Shown piece by piece: positions 13,471-26,500 of a stretch of 64,000 bases of DNA. The notes beneath the pieces were generated by a model. It saw only the letters and a program-made list of their open reading frames with translations, did no database searches and was not told the DNA's origin. Location: NCBI RefSeq assembly GCF_009834535.1, contig NC_045696.1, positions 38,752,001 to 38,816,000 of the forward strand, given 5' to 3'. The stretch comes from Camelus ferus (lineage: Eukaryota). The position numbers and the translations under genes are program-made. Each line of letters opens with the position of its first letter. The stretch's first letter is position 1.

Positions 13471-13718
13471 TTTAAAAGTATATACATCATTGCAATTTTA
13501 TGTATGATATGGTAAAGAAAAAATAACTTAAAGGCTCATATGCCAGAACTAAAAACAGTCCTGCTATATTACTCAGCTTCAGGGGGCATCATTCACACAG
13601 ATTACAATAGAAGAAATCCAGCAACGTTATCTATAAAATGGAGCTAATGATTCTTTACAGAGTGCTCTTAAGATTTAATATGATAATGTGTGAAAGTGTC
13701 CAGTGTAATGTTGACCAC

Positions 13719-14200
13719 TATTATGGATTGAATTTTGTCCCGCAGAAAAGATATGTTGATGTTCTCCCTGCCAGACCATGACCCTATTTGGAAATAGAGT
13801 GGCTGCAGATGTAATTAGTTAAAATGGGGTCCTAGTGGAATAGGATAAGCCCTTAACCTAATATGACAGGTTTTCCTTATAAGAAGAGGAGAAAGAGATA
13901 CACAAGGAGGAGAATGCCATGTGAAGACACAGAGACACGTAGGGAGAAGACAGCCTTGCCAAGGTAGAAGCAGAGAGCGGGGTGATGTATTTACAAGCCA
14001 AGGGATACCAAGAATTGAGGGCATCTCCAGAAGCTAAGAGAGACATGAAACCGAATTATCATTTAAAGCCCTCAGGAGGAATTAGCACTGCCAACACCCT
14101 GATTTCAGGCTTTCAGACTCCAGAACTGTGGGAGAACATATTTCTGTTGTTTTAGACCATCCATGGTACTTTGTTACAGCATCTTTAGGAGAATAAAACA
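13719..14200 (+). mobile_element. Full-length MLT1C-like solo LTR with approximate 5-bp TSD (accac/gccac), inserted in a MIR
   Basis: tatggattgaatttgtcc-type start, tatttggaaatag, ctccagaactgtg, tggtactttgttacagca and a CA end. MIR sequence precedes it (about 13630-13718). Confidence 0.88.
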
Positions 14201-14479
14201 GCCACATTAAAGTCAGTCATAGTTAAATTCGGAAGTATTTTATTATTTTCTAAATGTGGCACTATTCATATATTTTAAGTCTATTGACTTTTGAAAATAA
14301 GAATATTCAACAACCATTGGATTAGTATTGGTCATCTCATATTTCTTTATAACACTTGCCACTTTGGCCTATTCCCTTCTAGAAAGCCTCTCGAGTCTTA
14401 TTTGATACTCTTCTCTCCCAGCTCTCCACCTGTTCCTCTGACTAGCTGTTTTATGTCTTTGTTATGTCCTCCTTTTCCT

Positions 14480-15510
14480 CTGCTCTTCAGTATTGATACA
14501 GTCCAATATTCAAGCATCAATCCTCTTCTCTTTTTATTCTGGGCATCAATGGCCATTCATGGGTTACCAAATTCAAAGTTATAGGCAACATCATTCTCCT
14601 GAGTTCAAAATATGTACAGCTGGATGCTTTTCTGCACCTAGGTATCAAATGCACAGCTCAGATTATGCCCAAAACAGAAATCATCATCTTTTCCCCAAAT
14701 ATGGTTCTCCTCAAGCATAAACTCAGGAATTATCATAGATTCTTCCTTTCCCTTACTCTTCACATTTAATCCAGAACCAAACCATCTTGTCTCTACTCTT
14801 AAATTTATTCATCCTTTTCATTTCCATTACTAACTTGAAAATGATAAATTTTTAGTCATTTATTTCCTTAATTTTAGAGAAAGAATCACATAACTTGTAT
14901 CCCTTCCTCAGTTTTTGCTACCCTTCAATTCATTCTACCCACTGCTGTAGGAGTCATCTTTGTAAAATACAAAATAGATAAAATTACTCCCCTGCATAAA
15001 AATCTCCAAGTTTTCCCACAGACTGAGGGGCAGAGTCCAAGTTCTTTGGCAGAGTATTCAACGCCCCATTGATCTGGCACTTGCCTCCTCTCTGGGCTGA
15101 TTTTTGCTAATTACTGTGCATACTTCAGCTCTGTTAACCACTCACGCTCCCCAGAACAGCTCCTTCTGCCTGGCATGTCCCTCTCCTTTTTCTCAGTGGC
15201 AAACACTATTCCTTTTTAGGTTCAAATCAAAACTTCCCTCCTCCACATAGAATTATGACTTCTTTTTTTTTTCCCTACCCAAACATTTTATTATTTTAAA
15301 ATTTTATTCCTGTGATTACCTACTCAAACATCTAACATAGCACCTAGAACACAGTGTTGTCCTTATTACTTGATATACGTTTGTGTCCCTAAGTATCTCA
15401 TGAGGACAGCAGGAAGTCTCTATGCTGTATCTCACCATATGGCACATAGCAAGTGCTCAGTAAGTGTCTGCTTCATTAATGAACAAAATGAAAAAAAAAA
15501 TAAAGTGATA
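14480..15510 (+). mobile_element. L2 fragment ending in L2 3' tail
   Basis: actcaggaattatcatagattcttcc, gatctggcacttgcc, ggcacatagcaagtgctcagtaagtgtctg. Confidence 0.7.
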
Positions 15511-18432
15511 AATGGATGAGCAAATGTAAGAGGAAATATTGAATGGGCCCAGCAGTCCCCCAGTGAAGTGTTTCACTTGGCAGGAAATAAATGCTGGATT
15601 CTCTGTACTTTGGTGACAGTTAAAAGCACAGAACTTGCTGGGATTCTCTGCTAGGTCACTTATTTAAGTGACTTTGGGCAAGTTACTTCCGTTCTATGCA
15701 AAGAGGTTGGGATGTAATAGTTCCTTCCCAATGAGGGAAAGGATTAGGTGAATCCTTTAGAAAGGATTTTTCTTTAGAAAGAATCTTTTAGAAAGATTAG
15801 CTGAATATATATTTATATTATTAAGAATGTTTTATGATTATCAAATGAGAATATAGTAAATGTGATATACATTGTTATTAAAATGTTTTTAAAGACACAA
15901 AATTAGAGGCAAGGCTTTTGTTTTAATTGGAAAGAATATTTACGCTTTCTGTCTGCATATATTGGAAAACTCTGAACTTAGATTATTATAAACAGTATTT
16001 CTGTAGTTCCTGGTATTTTCCAATATACAGATAAAAATACACCCATTTACTGTAAAGAGCAAAGTTCTTTCCTTCCTGGTTGAGCGAATGCTTACTGTGA
16101 CCAGTTTTTACTCCCTTATGGCTTTTCTCTGTACTGGGGTACAGGACCAGAGAGGGATTATGTACGTGACCATAGCTTTTGTTGAATCAAACCCTGTTGA
16201 ATTCCACATGAAAAAGTTCCTTTTATGTGCAAAGTCCATTGGCACTGGTACTGGGCTGCACTACTAATTTTTATTTTACCCCAGCTGCCATCAACCACTT
16301 TATGGTTTAAACTCATAATAATAATAAGAATACAAAATAAAATAAAATAAATCTGTGACACAAATACAAATGTGAGGAATTCATAGAAGTGAGTGGTCAG
16401 GAAAACTTCATTTAGAGAAAGATCTGTTGGAGATTAAAGGATACCTGGGATTTGAAAAGTCAAGGAGATGATGTAGAAGGCATTCCAGGTGGGGAAGCAA
16501 TGTGAGCAGAGGCACAAGGCAAGAGCATTCTTGTGTTTTGGAGATGAGAGCATCTCAGTCTGCTTTAAGCATTAGGTTTCGATGGGGAGGAATTAAAATA
16601 TAAATTAGAAAGATGTGTGAGACCATACTATGGAAATGTAAGAGTTTTTAAGATCAGAAAGATTTTTTTGAAGATCAGAAAATTTTGAAGAATGGGAAGA
16701 TGACAATTCTTCCTGAAGGGGTTGGTGTGCAGAATTGCTAGGATAAGCTCGAGGTGAAATTCAGGACAGACTTCAAAGAAATAATTTCCTTCCACCAGCA
16801 ATTGTAGAGTCTGGAAGCCAGAATGTAGCAACAGAGTAGTCATCTTCAGATTCTGGTAAAAGCTGAGGGGTTGGCCAGAGAAAGATCAGATTAGAATAGT
16901 TCACTTACAGAGTCATGGAAAAAGAATTTGAAACTCAAAGCCTAAATTCATGTGTAAAGTCTGGACTGAACAGAATTGATACATGGTAGGTAGAGCCCAG
17001 GTCAGATTATGTTATCACATATAAATGTATGACATGTGTCACAGTAGGAAGCTGTCACTTGGGACAGCAGTCTCGCCTGTTACAAAATATTGCTGCCAGA
17101 GTACCCAGGGAACTCAATAAACCATAACAGGGAAAGAGTAGAAACAAAGGGACCAATTAGCAGCCTATTGCAATAGTCAAAATTACAGGTAATTAAGGGC
17201 TAGAGGTAAAATGGTAGAAATGGGATTATAGGGGTAGACATGAAGATTCAAGAGAAAAACACTCCTTTTTTAAAAGTTCTAAAGGTAAAAAAAACACAAA
17301 AACAAAAAACAAAAAGAAACTTCTTTTGGAGCAGTTGCATATGTTAGGTAATTTCTCCAAAATTTAAGTACTAATAGATAGATTCTGAAGCTGACTTGCA
17401 AGCTAAATTCTTGTACTTTTAGAAAAGTCACTGTCTCAGTGACCTGGCTACTGCTTTATCATCTCAAATGCCGTTTTTTCTTGCTATTTCATTATGATGT
17501 AAGGACAAAAATTACACGTAAGTCGTATTTTATCTCGCTAGGACCAAAAGAAATTCTGCCTTGAAACTCATAATAAAACTCTTTCCTCTGTTTCACACTA
17601 CACAACAGATACACATTAGACCCTAATTTTTCTGTTACTCTGACTCACCATGAATTTGCTGTTTAATAGGTTTTAATTGAGATCGAACATTAAGAACCTA
17701 CAAAGAAGTGAATTCTCAGTTCACAAAAGACTAATTGCTGAGCCCTGCAGCATTTATAAGCATCAAGGTCAATGTGAAATGTAGAAGGTCAATGAAACTT
17801 GCCTGCAAAATTGCACTGTACTCAGAACCGCCATTGCAATGTATAGCACAGTAGCAGCTTTTTAACTATACCTCCACTGCCACTTTCTGTCCACAAAACC
17901 ATGAGGCTATTTTCATCCAGTTTTGCATTTTCCCTTCAGTCAGCATTTTATGTATATATGCAAGCTTTCCTTTTAATCTTGGCAATTTATCTAAAGTAGA
18001 AGCTTTCTTGGACCAGAAATCTATATGGTTCTAATTAATGCCTGCCTCACTTTAAACACTAATCCCTTAGTTGTTCTCTTTTCCTGCTTTTCTGATTTTG
18101 TGTTATACTTATCCTTTAACATGCTTATTGGGTTATAAGCACTCACGGTAATATAAGACCTTAGCCAAGTAATGGCATATAATGGCGTAAATGATACCTC
18201 ACATGGTCTTGGCCTTCTGGTTCCCAGATATGAAGTCTTAGGAGAGTATAAATGTGTAAGATAAGTTTTATTTTAGGATTCCTCTGTGTTGTTGTCGAGC
18301 TGGTTCAGGAGGGACCAACTTTGCTGATGTGATTTCCTTCTCATGTGCCTGTTCTATGCCTACTACATACCAGACACTATGCTATGCATTTTTCATATCT
18401 AGCTTTACTAATGCTCACAAACACTATAAGGC

Positions 18433-18490
<58 letters not shown>

Positions 18491-18501
18491 CATCATCATC
18501 A
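18433..18501. repeat. (TTA)n(TCA)n microsatellite inside a minus-strand MIR (about 18350-18630)
   Basis: Directly visible; it produces the spurious poly-Y/H ORF. Confidence 0.95.
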
Positions 18502-18889
18502 CTTTCCCCACTTCACAATAAGTAGTTTAAGTCAGAGATGTTAAGTAGTGTATTCAATATCACACAGCTTGTAATTGGCAAAGTCAAGATATGAATCCAT
18601 GTCCTTCTTACTGTAAAGCTCATGCTCTTTAATTAGGTTAATCTTCTACTTTCTGCCCACAAATTTATTTTTAAAAATCCATTATCTATATGACACTGTT
18701 GAGTTAAGCATAAAGCAAGAAAACAGTGACATTTCTTACTAAAGAATTGTACCAAACTCATACCACAGCTTTTTACTAACAACTGTGTCTATATTAAACA
18801 ACTGTGCCTCCCAGTGACTTGGTTTGGAAATTGTTGGACTATTTAAAGTATAGAGTGAGGTTGTTAATCTTTTTATATGTGTATGAGGA

Positions 18890-19280
18890 ATTCAATATGA
18901 GTCATAAAGGTCAAAACAAGCAAGAGGAACTTAAAGGAATAAATATGAAGCAGTGTGCTTTTAGATCATATTAAGCAGAGGAAGGCATTAATGCAGGTCA
19001 ACTGAAAAACACCAGGGGATTTTAGTTGGCCACAAGTTCAACAATAGATAGCAGTAGGGCATGGCTATTACAAAAAAGCTAACTACATGTTAGGTTCCAC
19101 TGATACAAGCTATTATATATATCAATGATATAAGATACCATATTTAAGGAACGAAAGAGCCTGTTGATGGTCTACGTCTGGTATACAATATCAGTTCCAG
19201 TTGACACATCTTAAAGTTAACATTGACAGAGTATGCTTTTTTTGCACCAGTAGGGTAACCAAGATGGTGATATCTTTAAA
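18890..19280 (+). mobile_element. L3/CR1 fragment
   Basis: agttggccacaagttcaa..aaaaaagctaa..cagttccag..acattgacaga..gggtaaccaagatggtga. Confidence 0.55.
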
Positions 19281-19789
19281 ATAAGTGTCTGATAGATCAA
19301 AATATGTTTGGCCTACATCCAAAAATGTAGGAGGAAAATGGAAGGAAAAGTAATAGGTTTCTCCAGATATAATTTTTGTTGTCACATGCAACTTTGAAAC
19401 CACTGGATGGAGTTGCATGAAGACAAATTTTATATTGATTTTACATTAATTAGGAAAGCCCAACAATGAAACATACTGGCAAGCAGCATAGTCACAGAGA
19501 TGCAAATAGAATAACAAAAGAATGTCTAGGATGTCCAGGCTTTTCTTAATTCTAAGATTTTTTTTTGCCTGAATGAAAGCTGTGGTATTTTTCTTTCCTT
19601 TTATTTATTAACCTATCATGTAATGTGGACCAAGCCACTTTTCACCCTCTTTTTACTTAAGCAACTTAGAAAGAAGTATTTATTTAATTGCTTTCAGAAA
19701 TAATTGTGGGTTCCTCTCAGAGAAATCCAAATTTCATTACCTAATGGAGGAATGGTTTCAACAATCTATCCTGAAGGTTGCACTTATCG

Positions 19790-20090
19790 AGTCATTCAAT
19801 CAACAGGCGTATATTGAACAGCTAGTGGGACACTAATACAAATAAGGCTCAGTGTCTACTCCCAAGGAGTATATAAGTCTAGTAGAAGAGACAGACAGGT
19901 TGAGGATTAGTACTTGGGTGCAGTACTATGTGATAGATGAGTGAATGAGGTTGAAGTTAAGCAAATTGGATCTCTGTAAAGAAGAATGAGAATAAAAGAA
20001 AGTTCCCTAGAGGGAGTAACACTAGCAGATTCTTGAAAAATGACTAAGAGTTAACTTGGTTAGAAAGGTGAGGAAAGTGTTGCAGGGAAA
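19790..20090 (-). mobile_element. L2 3' fragment
   Basis: cattcaatcaacaggcgtatattga (reversed L2 tail) and tctagtagaagagacagaca. Confidence 0.65.
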
Positions 20091-20109
20091 TGGGTTGAGA
20101 GGATGGTCA

Positions 20110-20757
20110 TGCCTCAGGTCTTCAGCAAGTCCTTGTGATGCATCCCTCCAAGTGAGGGTCTTTGGCTTTGTGCAGGAAAGAATTCAAGAGCAAGTCATAG
20201 TAAAGTGAAAGCAAGTTTATTCAAGGAGATACAGACTCCATAGACAGAGTACAGGCCATCTTAGAAGGTAAGGGAAGTGGCCCCAGGAGATAGGGTCATC
20301 TTAGAAAGTGAGAGAGACTTAGGAGATACACATTCCATAGGCAGAATGCAGTCCATCTCAAAAGGCAAGAGGTGGCCCCAGAGCAAGAGGTCATCTGGGA
20401 AACTGAAATTGGCCACAAGGTGTGGGGGTAGTTAGTTTTTGTGAGCCAGGTAATTTCATAAGCTAACAAATAGGAGGATTATTCCAGCTGTTTTGGGGAA
20501 GGGGCAAGGATTTCCAATAATAGGGCCCCCATCTACTTTTTGACCTTTAATGGCCAGCCTCAGAACTGTCCTGGCACCTGTGGGTGTGTCATTTAGCATG
20601 CTAATGTATTACAATGAGCATATAATGAAGGTCAAGGTCTACTATAAGTCAAGTCTTCCACCATCTTGGATTTAGTTGTTTTTAATCAGTTAACCTATCC
20701 TCATTTGCTGTGTCATTCTTTTAATGGTTGTGTCCTGCCCCTTTCCTTCCTGTCTCA
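20110..20757 (-). mobile_element. MER41-like ERV1 solo LTR
   Basis: gcaggaaagaattcaagagc..agtaaagtgaaagcaagtttatt, tttagcatgctaatgtattacaatgagcatataatga, ending ccttcctgtctca. These match MER41-group LTRs as I recall them. Confidence 0.75.
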
Positions 20758-20909
20758 AAAGGATATATTACTAGCAGAGAAAGCATATAGGAAGAAGTGT
20801 GAAACAAATCTACAAGCATTTTCTTATTATGGGAGCAAAGGGTATATTAAATTGATATTAGTAGATGTGACCAGAGAGATCAATAAGTTGAATAACAACT
20901 GTTAGAAAA

Positions 20910-21715
20910 ATTGCAATATTAATTAAGCAAAGGGTTAATATGGACATTATACAATGAATTCTTACAGATCATTTTTTAAAAGACCCCATTTTATAAGATG
21001 GGGCAAAAATATGAAGAGCCAATTTGCATAAAAACAAATATGATGATCAATAAAAATAAGAAAATATACTCTATTTCACAAATACCTAGTAATATGCAAA
21101 TTAAAACCAAAATTAAATCATTTAACATATCTAATTAGCAAAGAAAAAAAAATTGAGGAGACTGATAATATTAGTGCCAGGGAGGTTATGGGGAAATAAG
21201 AACATACTTGTCATTGATAGGAGTATAGACTGACACAGAATTCTGGTGGACTCTTTAAAAGTATCTGCCATATCTTAAAATGAACATATTGTTCAACTCC
21301 AGAAGTCTACCACTATGTAACTATCCTAGATTACATATAGTAGCCTAAATACTCTCCAAGAAAGAAATGGTTTGATGAATCATTGTGTATTTGTACTAGT
21401 GAATATTATGATGCAGTTAAAAGTTAAATCAGTATCATGAAGGGTCTCCAAAACATGTAATCAGTTTTAAATGTAAAAAAGCAAGTTAAGTATAAGATAC
21501 ATTTTATAATCTCATTTAGTTAAGAATGCATAAAACTATTAACTTTCAATCAATGTATATAAATATACATGGTATATAAAAACATCTGAGAGGGCACACA
21601 TCAAAATGACAGCAGTTGGGATTAGATGAATAATAAAAGAGAATTTTCATTTTTCTAAACTGTTTGCATTTTTGATTAGCATATACTGTTGTATTATACT
21701 GTAATTTAAATTATA
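20910..21715 (+). mobile_element. Old L1ME-like fragment
   Basis: atgcaaattaaaacc, aattagcaaaga..tgataata, ttaaaatgaacatattgttcaactccag. Confidence 0.65.
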
Positions 21716-21734
21716 AGCATTATTCTTAAATCTT

Positions 21735-22100
21735 CAGGGAACCTTTAAAAAGGTTTTAAGTAGGGAAATCACATAAACACATTTCATCTTAATAATATTC
21801 TTCTGCCACCTGAATATAAGGGAGATGGGTGAGAAGTCAAACTGGAGTTAGGGAAGTCGATTAAAAAGTAATGGCAATAATCCAGAGTACAAACTAATGC
21901 TGGGCTTAAACAAGGTTGTACAATTTCAATGACAATGAAAAGAAGGAAATGACCAAGACAGATATTTACTGCATAGACTCCATAGGACATCGCCCCTTAG
22001 GATAGGAAGGTGATTGTGAGAAAGGAGTCTAAATGACCCTCAAGTTTCCAGCTTAACAATTAATTGAATGGTCAAGTCCATTCACTGAGTTAGAGATACA
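21735..22100 (-). mobile_element. L2 fragment
   Basis: ggttttaagtaggg, gcaataatccagag, aggagtctaaatgaccctcaagtttccagctt. Confidence 0.65.
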
Positions 22101-23139
22101 AAGATATATGTGTGCGTGTTGAAGGATGGATTATAGGAGTTGTAATTCTTAGATCCTTGCTATCTTGAGGAATTTGAGGTTTTGAATAGGATGGCTATCT
22201 CAAAGATTTTTTCCTATTAAGTCTTTTTTTTCCACAAAAAAAGTACCCATCTTCCATAGAAGGAATCAGTGGCAAATGAGTTTCATCTAAATATCCTAGA
22301 TTTCTATGAAGTTTCAAGAAATTTCTAGATTCCACAGAAAGTTTTTCAATGGATTTTTTTGGTTTAGTTATCCAAGGAGCAGCTGCATCTACCTATGGTA
22401 TCATTGTGGGAGAAAGTGTATCAGTCTTACCTTCTAAAGCGTTGTCCCCCTCCCACTTTCCCTGTGTCCTGCTCACCAGCCAGCCTAATGAGCTGACATT
22501 CAGGGAAAAGCCCAAATGTTGAGCAATGTCTTCTGTCAGAATCGTCCCAGTGCACAGTGACTCATAAGTCTGGACAAGTTTGGACTCTTTGGATCAGCAT
22601 AATCTTCTGCCTTCAAGCAGATACCAAAGTTGTGGAACTTAAGTGGAAGAATTCATTTCAAAAAAGAGAAAATACTTGTTTTTCTATGTTCAAAGCACCA
22701 TCCTTACTTAATCTCTATACTTTGTTTTACTGTTGAAAAATGAAAATAAGATCTCATTTGTAGATAAAACTGTGACATTAAAATTAGATTAGAAATGACC
22801 CATGGGATGTTTGCACTTACTAATCAGTATTCATCTTTGTCAAAAGTAAAATTTTTATATCTAAATAATGGTAGAAAATATATAGTAAAAAAGATTCGTT
22901 CAGTCATTCATCAGTTTTTAAGTGCAGGAGATACAGTGAACAAGATCACATGATACTGGCCTCAGAAATTGCCATCTAATGGTGGAGATATAGAAGAATA
23001 GTCTAGAGTAGCCAAAATGATAAGTATGAAAGCTGTTTCAAATTCAAAGTGTGGGATGAAGTCATCACAGGATATTGATGCAGTTAATTCAAGGTCTAGG
23101 AGTGTTAAAAAAGGACACATTAAACTACCAGTTTATGGA

Positions 23140-23570
23140 TAGATCCTTTTGGGAGTAACAGAAAACTGCAAATTAACAGTGGATTGAAAGAATAAAAATT
23201 ATTTCTCCACACATAAGCAACATCTAGAGGCAGGCAGCTATGTCTGGGAGGTTGGCTTCATGAATCTCAAAGACCAAGTGCCTTCCTGGGGTGGCTGTCT
23301 TTAGTACACTGTCCAGGATAGCTCCGTAAGCTTAAGCTCCATGCTTCAAAGAGGAAAGGGTAAACATGGTCATATGTCCTCCATTTATGGACACTTCCCC
23401 TTATACTCATTAGTCAGAACTTAATCACATAGCCTCATCTGGTTGCATAAGGAAGCTGAAAAAATATTGTATTTATTCTGGCCAGCAAGTGCCCACTCAA
23501 AATCAGAGATTCTAAAACTAGGAAGAAGGAAACAGACATTGATGGGTCACCAACAGTCTCTGCTACCGTG
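23140..23570. mobile_element. Old MLT1-like LTR
   Basis: aacagtggattgaaagaata...ctcattagtcagaacttaatcacatagcc...gaagctgaaaaa. Confidence 0.6.
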
Positions 23571-26500
23571 AGGTCAGAGCACAACTCGAGATGCAGGACT
23601 TTCCTCAGGCATCAAATATGAACTGACATTCCTTTTGTGGGATATCCAGCATGTGCTCTAAGCATGCTTGTCTTTAAAAGTTGTTTCAGCTAGCATATTG
23701 TTACACAGGGGAGCTTATTCCGAAGTTTTTTCTTAAGATACACATTATAAATCAAAGAAAAATACCTCATGAAAATAAAACTTGTTGTTTCATTCAAGAC
23801 TGCATGTTTGAAAAAGTCTTATACATTTGTTTATTGTATGAGATTGTACTAAAAGTTTGGTAAATCAATATTTGATAAACTTACACAGAGACACGCAAAC
23901 ATAAAACTTTATCTTTATGCATCCATTTTTCTTTGATCTATATAAATCATTTACCCCCATATCTATCTCCTCTTCATTGTTCATTTCCTGACAAGCCTAT
24001 TCCACTATTCAGTATTTATCTTTGCCAGCACTTTTCTATAAATACAATTTGCTAGATTATAGCTAAATCTGTACTTAAATACACACTTTCTGGGACTCTC
24101 TCCAAACTCAGAGGTTGTGGTTACAGTTAAGCAATGATATTGTCACTTGCTTTTTCCTTTCCTGAAACTACTTTATCTCCTTAGGTCACTGCCATTCAGA
24201 GTGGTGAAAATGTGATTTGAAAAGCAAGTTGAAATGGGGCTTTCTAATTAGGCTGCACTCATTTTTATTTTCCCAGCCCTGTACCCGGGTCACCCTGGAG
24301 TTATATGCACCCAATTAAAGAACATTCAATTTGAGATCTATATGCCTTTGAGTATGAATGGGTAGGTCTCAATGATTGAGTTTGAGCCAACTGCTCATTC
24401 AGCTGAAGTGAATTAAGTCTTCCAGGGCACCAGGGTACCATTTAGCAAATTACCTCACCCAGCACGCTAAATTTGCCTCACATGGGTGAACAGCTTTCTT
24501 CCAAGGAGTAGTTTCATCACCCCAGTTCTCCACTGGCCCAACTTTATTGATGCTAAAGGGTGATTCATATGACACAATATTTACCCACAACCACAGACAA
24601 TAAGACTCTATAATGATCTGCTCCATTTAGGAGCACACGTGCCAGTATTTAAGGGGTAAATTAAAGAACTGTTTTGTTTGGATTTATTTTTCAATAAATC
24701 AAAGGTAAACAAAAGTGCATCATTGTTCTAGAAACTCTGAAACTGTAAAATTTGGTGATAATTTCACCACTGTATAATAAAAGGACGTGGCCCCTTTAAA
24801 GTATCAATAAACAAGCATCTTTTTCTTTCAGTATTAACACAACAACATGTACATAAAATGAGTCTATTTAAATAGCAATAAAATTGAATGTAATACTTTG
24901 AAAGCAGTAAGTTTTTATTTTTCACTTACAAATAGAAACGTTCTCTTAATTTTAACTCAGTCCTGTTTCTTAGATACTAACTCCAGATATTTATTGGTTC
25001 CTTTTTTGAAAACTAATATCCAGAGCATAAAATGCTTTTTGTGGTGCTGTAATTTGCTAAATAATGCTTTGACAGTGGCTGGGTGCCCAAAGAGCCCATG
25101 CAGAAATAAAACGCACTCAAACTGCTTTCAAATGTTTTCCTCTCTGCATATATCATGTCAAAAGCTGCCGTTTCTCCCACACTGTCACTATATTCAAGAA
25201 GCTATAATCATTCACCACCGCTAGCAGAACATTCTTGCAAACTACCCAAATTTACATCTGAGCCAATATTTAGAATGTAATAAAAAGCATGTATGTTAAG
25301 TGAACCAGTAATCTAATGATACAAGAGTCTGAAAGGGCCTCAGAACTAGCTCTGAAGCGAACGTTGGGGGAGCATTTTCAACAGAGAACACCTGCTAGCT
25401 CTCTTTCTCTCACTTTTTCTCTTTATAAAATCCATGAATCTCCCTCAACAATTCTCACAGAACAAGCTGTACTTGGAGCCTCAGTCTGAACTCCAGCTAA
25501 TGGCCTGCCGGGGATAGCCTAATGGCAGACAGGCATGGAAGCACAGTGAGGGGTGGCAAGGTTGGCAGCGGAGATATTATTTCAGGCCATCTTGACATGC
25601 CCGGTTCATGTGGCGTAAGAGTAATCAAATCAGGCTTCTTTGAGTCTGTTTCCATTTTCTGCCTTATTATCAGGAATGAGTGTTACCTCAGATCAGACCT
25701 GAAAGTTAATATAGGCCCCAAAGACATCTAGCTTAAAAAAAGGAATAACCTCGATAAAAATGAAAAGACACGTTAGACTGGATAATGCCTCTTTCCAAGG
25801 CCCTTTCACATGTACAATCTTCTTTGAAAATAGAGCCCGGCACAGTTATTCATCTGCCTGAGGCTGTAGTTGAATTTGCTGGCTCATTTCTAAGAGAGCT
25901 GGGGCGCGGAGTCAGCCTCTCCCACCATAGAACGTCATCTCCAGCTCTGCGCCTGACCTTTCCTGTGGTCTTAAGCAGTTCAGATTGCTCTGCCCTCAAG
26001 AGCTATTCTCTCTTTGTCCCTTAAGAACACAAATGAGAGGGCAGCTAGGCAAAACTGAGAGAAATGAAGGAGAGGACGCCTGAGGAGGCCCTACACCTGG
26101 CCATTAGTGTCATTCATTGTCTGTCTGTTAATGTTAGAGTGACTTCGCAAGTCACAACATTTCTATGACTCTAATGGCATTCTGACTAACTTGCTAAACC
26201 AATTGCATGAATCTTATCATTTCACCCTTAGAAGCTGCTTTCAAAGCCGTCAATAACATTGTCATAAATAAAAAAGATATGCTTTATTCTAGTTCCTGTT
26301 TTTAAAAGTTGCCTTCACAATTGACCCCTGTATGCAACATAGCATGCTAAGTTCTGCTGGAAATTCAAAATGGGAAACTCTTCAAGAAATTTATGATATG
26401 TCATGAACAGAAAGAATTATATAGTACAAGGCAAAATGTAAGAGTGTTATACATGAAAGAGGGAAAAGAGCCAAGAACTGTCTTACTTGACTGACCACAT

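Noticed and set aside
18329..18544. Poly-Tyr/His ORF
   Set aside because: Translation of a microsatellite.
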